Below are positions 63,376 to 64,000 of a stretch of 64,000 nucleotides of DNA, piece after piece. Position numbers and translations under genes: made by a program. Under the pieces are notes generated by a model. The model saw only the letters and a list, made by a program, of their open reading frames with translations, ran no database searches and had not been told where the DNA came from. How positions within the stretch are numbered: position 1 is the stretch's first letter; the number at the start of each line of letters is the position of its first letter. Origin of the DNA: Phycisphaeraceae bacterium (GTDB lineage Bacteria > Planctomycetota > Phycisphaerae > Phycisphaerales > Phycisphaeraceae); assembly GCA_020851735.1 (NCBI GenBank), contig JADZCD010000022.1, positions 6,438-70,437 on the forward strand, read 5' to 3'.

Positions 63376-63530
63376 CTGCGTTTATCTGCGTTTATCTGCG
63401 GCCATTTGAATTCCTGGTCTGAAGTTATCGCGATGAGGCATCATGTTCGGAAATGCGGGGCCGGCTTAGGCACTTCCGGGGCACTTCAGGTGAACGTCCG
63501 GGGCCACTTCCGGCGTCAACTTCCGGGGGG
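63376..63530 (+). repeat. family-D right arm fused to an element A right half (copy 6)
   Basis: CTGCGTTTATCTGCGTTTATCTGCGGCCATTTGAATTCCTGGTCTGAAGTTATCGCGATGAGGCATCATGTTCGGAAATGCGGGGCCGGCTTAGGCACTTCCGGGGCACTTCAGG..CCACTTCCGGCGTCAACTTCCGGGGGGG. It is nearly collinear with 60662-60797. Confidence 0.88.
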
Positions 63531-63531
63531 G

Positions 63532-64000
63532 TCAGTTGTTCCACAAACCCTGGACGGGCTTAATGCCGCCTATGTCGGGTTGATCCAGCCATTGAATCTT
63601 CTGCACCCGCCACGGCGCGCTGGATTCGTTAGCCTCGCGTTGCCATTGGATCAGCCACCGCGTTTTCAGCGGCGGCAGATCCTTAATCGACGTCACCAGA
63701 TCGAAAACCACCGTGCCGCTCACCTCCGCGCGCGCTTCAGCCGCCAGCAGGCGAAACCGTTGCCCGTCGATGCCGTGGCGTTGGACAAACGTCCGCAGGA
63801 TGTCAAGAACCTGCGCCCGCGTCAGCCAGACATGACCGTCCGGCCCGACCAGCAGCATGTTGGGCCCCAGCCCCTCCTCCACCGCCGGCAAGCTCAGCGG
63901 GCTGGTGCTTTGCACCAGTTGCCGCGACGACGCGATAACCGCCTCCCGGGGCGTGGTGATCGCCCAGGCCAGCACCACCACCGTCAGCGCGTCCACCCCC
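63532..64000 (-). CDS. hypothetical protein, possibly N-terminally truncated by the window edge
   Basis: 154-aa ORF from the ATG at 63996, with a hydrophobic N-terminus. The frame stays open to the window end. No motif recognised. Confidence 0.45.
   Translation of the reverse strand, partial: GVDALTVVVLAWAITTPREAVIASSRQLVQSTSPLSLPAVEEGLGPNMLLVGPDGHVWLTRAQVLDILRTFVQRHGIDGQRFRLLAAEARAEVSGTVVFDLVTSIKDLPPLKTRWLIQWQREANESSAPWRVQKIQWLDQPDIGGIKPVQGLWNN

Noticed and set aside
53833-63530. Autonomous IS or transposon as the source of the repeats in this window
   Set aside because: No transposase-, integrase- or RAYT-like ORF is adjacent to any copy. The only recombinase (about 60988-61980, start uncertain) has all the hallmarks of chromosomal XerC/D. 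A mobilising enzyme, if any, must be encoded outside the window.

Overview
Visibly GC-rich (not computed) 64-kb chromosomal segment with about 50 protein-coding genes. I found no rRNA, tRNA, CRISPR array or transposase by eye. The gene content looks origin-proximal and housekeeping: dnaA, parB with two parS sites, priA, a xerC/xerD-type recombinase, mutM, ppk1, a PPK2-family kinase, lpdA, purU, the 5' end of gltB behind a LysR regulator, yggS and a CCA/poly(A) nucleotidyltransferase. Around these are envelope and glycan genes: sulfatase, GH63-like, GH31, GH5-like with dockerin and PEP-CTERM, a beta-helix/esterase fusion, GT4, GT3 glycogen synthase, PBP4, a beta-lactamase-family hydrolase and a DegT aminotransferase. 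There is also a GntR-ABC-permease operon, a HEPN/MNT toxin-antitoxin pair, and an uncharacterised RNHCP / DUF4037 / methyltransferase cluster. The gene repertoire and repeat style suggest a Planctomycetota-like organism (low-confidence inference). The most unusual property is a dense mosaic of short GC-rich repeat families. These include 11-13 nt CTTCCGGGG(G) tandem units, a GCCCCGCATGGAAATGCGGGGC hairpin module, a CCCCCGGCAGAGCCGGGGG hairpin, a GGTGCCACACAGCA..TGCTGTGTG hairpin and a GCAGATAAACGCAGATGAAC inverted-repeat element. They fill most intergenic spacers. They also sit in frame inside at least a dozen conserved genes (dnaA, parB, priA, ppk1, yggS, an ABC ATPase, DegT, sulfatase, a methyltransferase and others) without breaking the reading frames. 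All functional calls rest on motif recognition in the translated ORFs; no database search was run.
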